Source: Narcine bancroftii | Taxonomy: Eukaryota | Length of the DNA: 64,000 bases | NCBI RefSeq assembly: GCF_036971445.1 | Contig: NC_091480.1 | Coordinates: forward strand, 93,372,001-93,436,000 | Reading direction: 5' to 3' | In this document: piece after piece, positions 63,703 to 64,000 of the stretch | How positions within the stretch are numbered: position 1 is the first letter of the stretch | How the letters are laid out: the number at the start of each line of letters is the position of its first letter | Notes under the pieces: model-generated | What the model was told of the DNA's origin: nothing | Database searches by the model: none | The model's input: the letters and a program-made list of their open reading frames with translations, nothing else | Position numbers and translations under genes: made by a program

Positions 63703-63793
63703 GATGAAGATTCACTAACAATCATTTGCAATGAAATAATTCAAAAGTGGTCTGAGATCACAAACAATGTCACACAAGAGAAAAATGATGAAG
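63703..63793 (+). CDS. CCDC43: CCDC43 coding exon 2
   Basis: tttttcag|DEDSLTIICNEIIQKWSEITNNVTQEKNDE G|gtaaaa; 91 nt; compare CCDC43 EEDSLLNICKEIVERWSE. Confidence 0.92.
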
Positions 63794-64000
63794 GTAAAAT
63801 TCAGGATAATCTCAGATGTCGAATAATTGCTGTTCTTTTATTTGCATATTTTAAATGCATGAAGCCAATTAATTGGGTGAGTATATTTCCTAACTCAGTA
63901 GGTTGTTATTTTATTCCTGTTATGAAGATAGTAAGGAAAATCTTGTTGCTTTTTGGGATTCTAACTTTCCAAGTTTGATTTCTAACTGGAGCCTCTTTTT

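Overview
Vertebrate nuclear DNA, most likely from a cartilaginous fish (shark or ray; inferred from the repeat landscape of CR1, Rex/Babar-like, Penelope-like and tRNA-SINE families). Reading splice sites by hand gives three genes in the order CCDC43 - DBF4B - ADAM11, the same order as at human 17q21. On the minus strand are ADAM11 coding exons 1-4 (35240 to 16312; the gene continues beyond the left edge) and 11 phase-consistent DBF4B (Drf1/ASKL1) coding exons (57206 to 40313, about 857 aa plus an unseen first exon). On the plus strand are CCDC43 exons 1-2 (60332-63793), head-to-head with DBF4B across a GC-rich, partly gapped promoter. Most ORFs in the six-frame track are chance or transposon-derived. 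The most notable observations are: a U12-type (minor spliceosome) intron in DBF4B; a young, intact AviRTE-like RTE LINE with several copies; a 5S-rRNA-headed SINE; a Harbinger-like MITE; two locally templated 114-174 bp duplications; a perfect 22x17-bp minisatellite; a uORF cluster in front of ADAM11; and Penelope-derived hairpins with hammerhead-like cores. I found no evidence of a wholly new multi-gene system. All homology statements come from recalled family knowledge, not from database searches.
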